Assembly (NCBI GenBank): GCA_965113315.1
Contig: OZ220366.1
Length of the DNA: 64,000 nt
Direction: 5' to 3' (one strand)
From: Podarcis vaucheri
Lineage: Eukaryota
The translations under genes were made by a program, and so were the position numbers. Shown here one piece after another: positions 63,417-64,000 of this stretch (position 1 is the first letter of the stretch; each line of letters begins with the position of its first letter). The notes under the pieces are model-generated. The model searched no databases, had not been told where the DNA came from, and saw nothing but the letters and a program-made list of their open reading frames with translations.

Positions 63417-64000
63417 TAATATCTAGCTTGCTTATTTTCCATATGTTCTTCCAGGCTTGGCATACATGATTCTTGTGATAATTAAAATGTATATTTTAAC
63501 CCTTTCTTGGCAATGATTCTCTTTTCAGATTTTTCAAATGTGAATTGGTGAATGAACCTTTTCAATACCTTCTGCTTTTTTCAGGTTTTTCCCCCCTGTA
63601 TCTTGTTGGCCCATTTAAAAATCACAGCTTTTTAGTCCTTGTTCCAAACTTTTGAGGTGGATGGAGAGGAATGTCTGTTCATGCTTCATTCTACATCACC
63701 AGCAAGAATGAGATCACATGAATTTACAGGCACTTCATTTGAAAAGTTTACACTTCCCAAGATACTGCAGGAATACTCATGGGAAATGCAAGTACTCCTT
63801 AGCTATGGAGAAAACTTTTTGCATCATGGCTGTGGAATTCATACTTGTCAAAAATACAGAAAGTTCTTCATTACAAGATAGCAGTTCTAGAAGAAGCAGA
63901 ATGAGGAACAGTGAGCATGCAGAAGGCAAGGCAGAGTGTGTGGGACTGTGATCTAGTCAGTCCTGTTTTGAAAGCCCTCCTGTTCAGACTGCTAGCAACA

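Noticed and set aside
63639-63951. Two overlapping ~80-aa plus-strand ORFs near the window end
   Set aside because: No recognisable domain and no convincing donor site. The lengths are within chance expectation.

Overview
Eukaryotic, AT-rich, CpG-depleted genomic DNA from a squamate reptile, probably a lacertid lizard. This is inferred from five Sauria/Squam1 SINEs, three Squam3-type SINEs, BovB and young L2 LINEs. I could not recognise any host protein-coding gene, rRNA, tRNA gene or CRISPR array, so the window reads as intronic or intergenic DNA dense in transposable elements. The most complex object is an internally deleted, decayed Ngaro/DIRS-type tyrosine-recombinase retrotransposon (about 35144-37512). 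It retains an RNase H tail, a tyrosine recombinase and an SGNH-hydrolase ORF but has lost its RT, and a probable solo terminal-repeat unit of a related element lies at about 22.6-23.4 kb. Other well-supported items are a young 5'-truncated L2 nested in an ancient L2, a BovB 3' end with TSD, a solo LTR with 5-bp TSD inserted into a hAT MITE end, an RTE LINE with an inverted 5' segment, two Tc1/mariner-type MITE families (including a tandem pair sharing one TA) and a 5S-derived SINE. Two speculative spliced ORFs are flagged at low confidence: minus strand 3914-3620/2744-2693, and plus strand 58345-58479/59074-59136, a 65-aa peptide with a hydrophobic C-terminus. I found nothing I can honestly call a new biological system. 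Family names come from motif recognition, not database searches.
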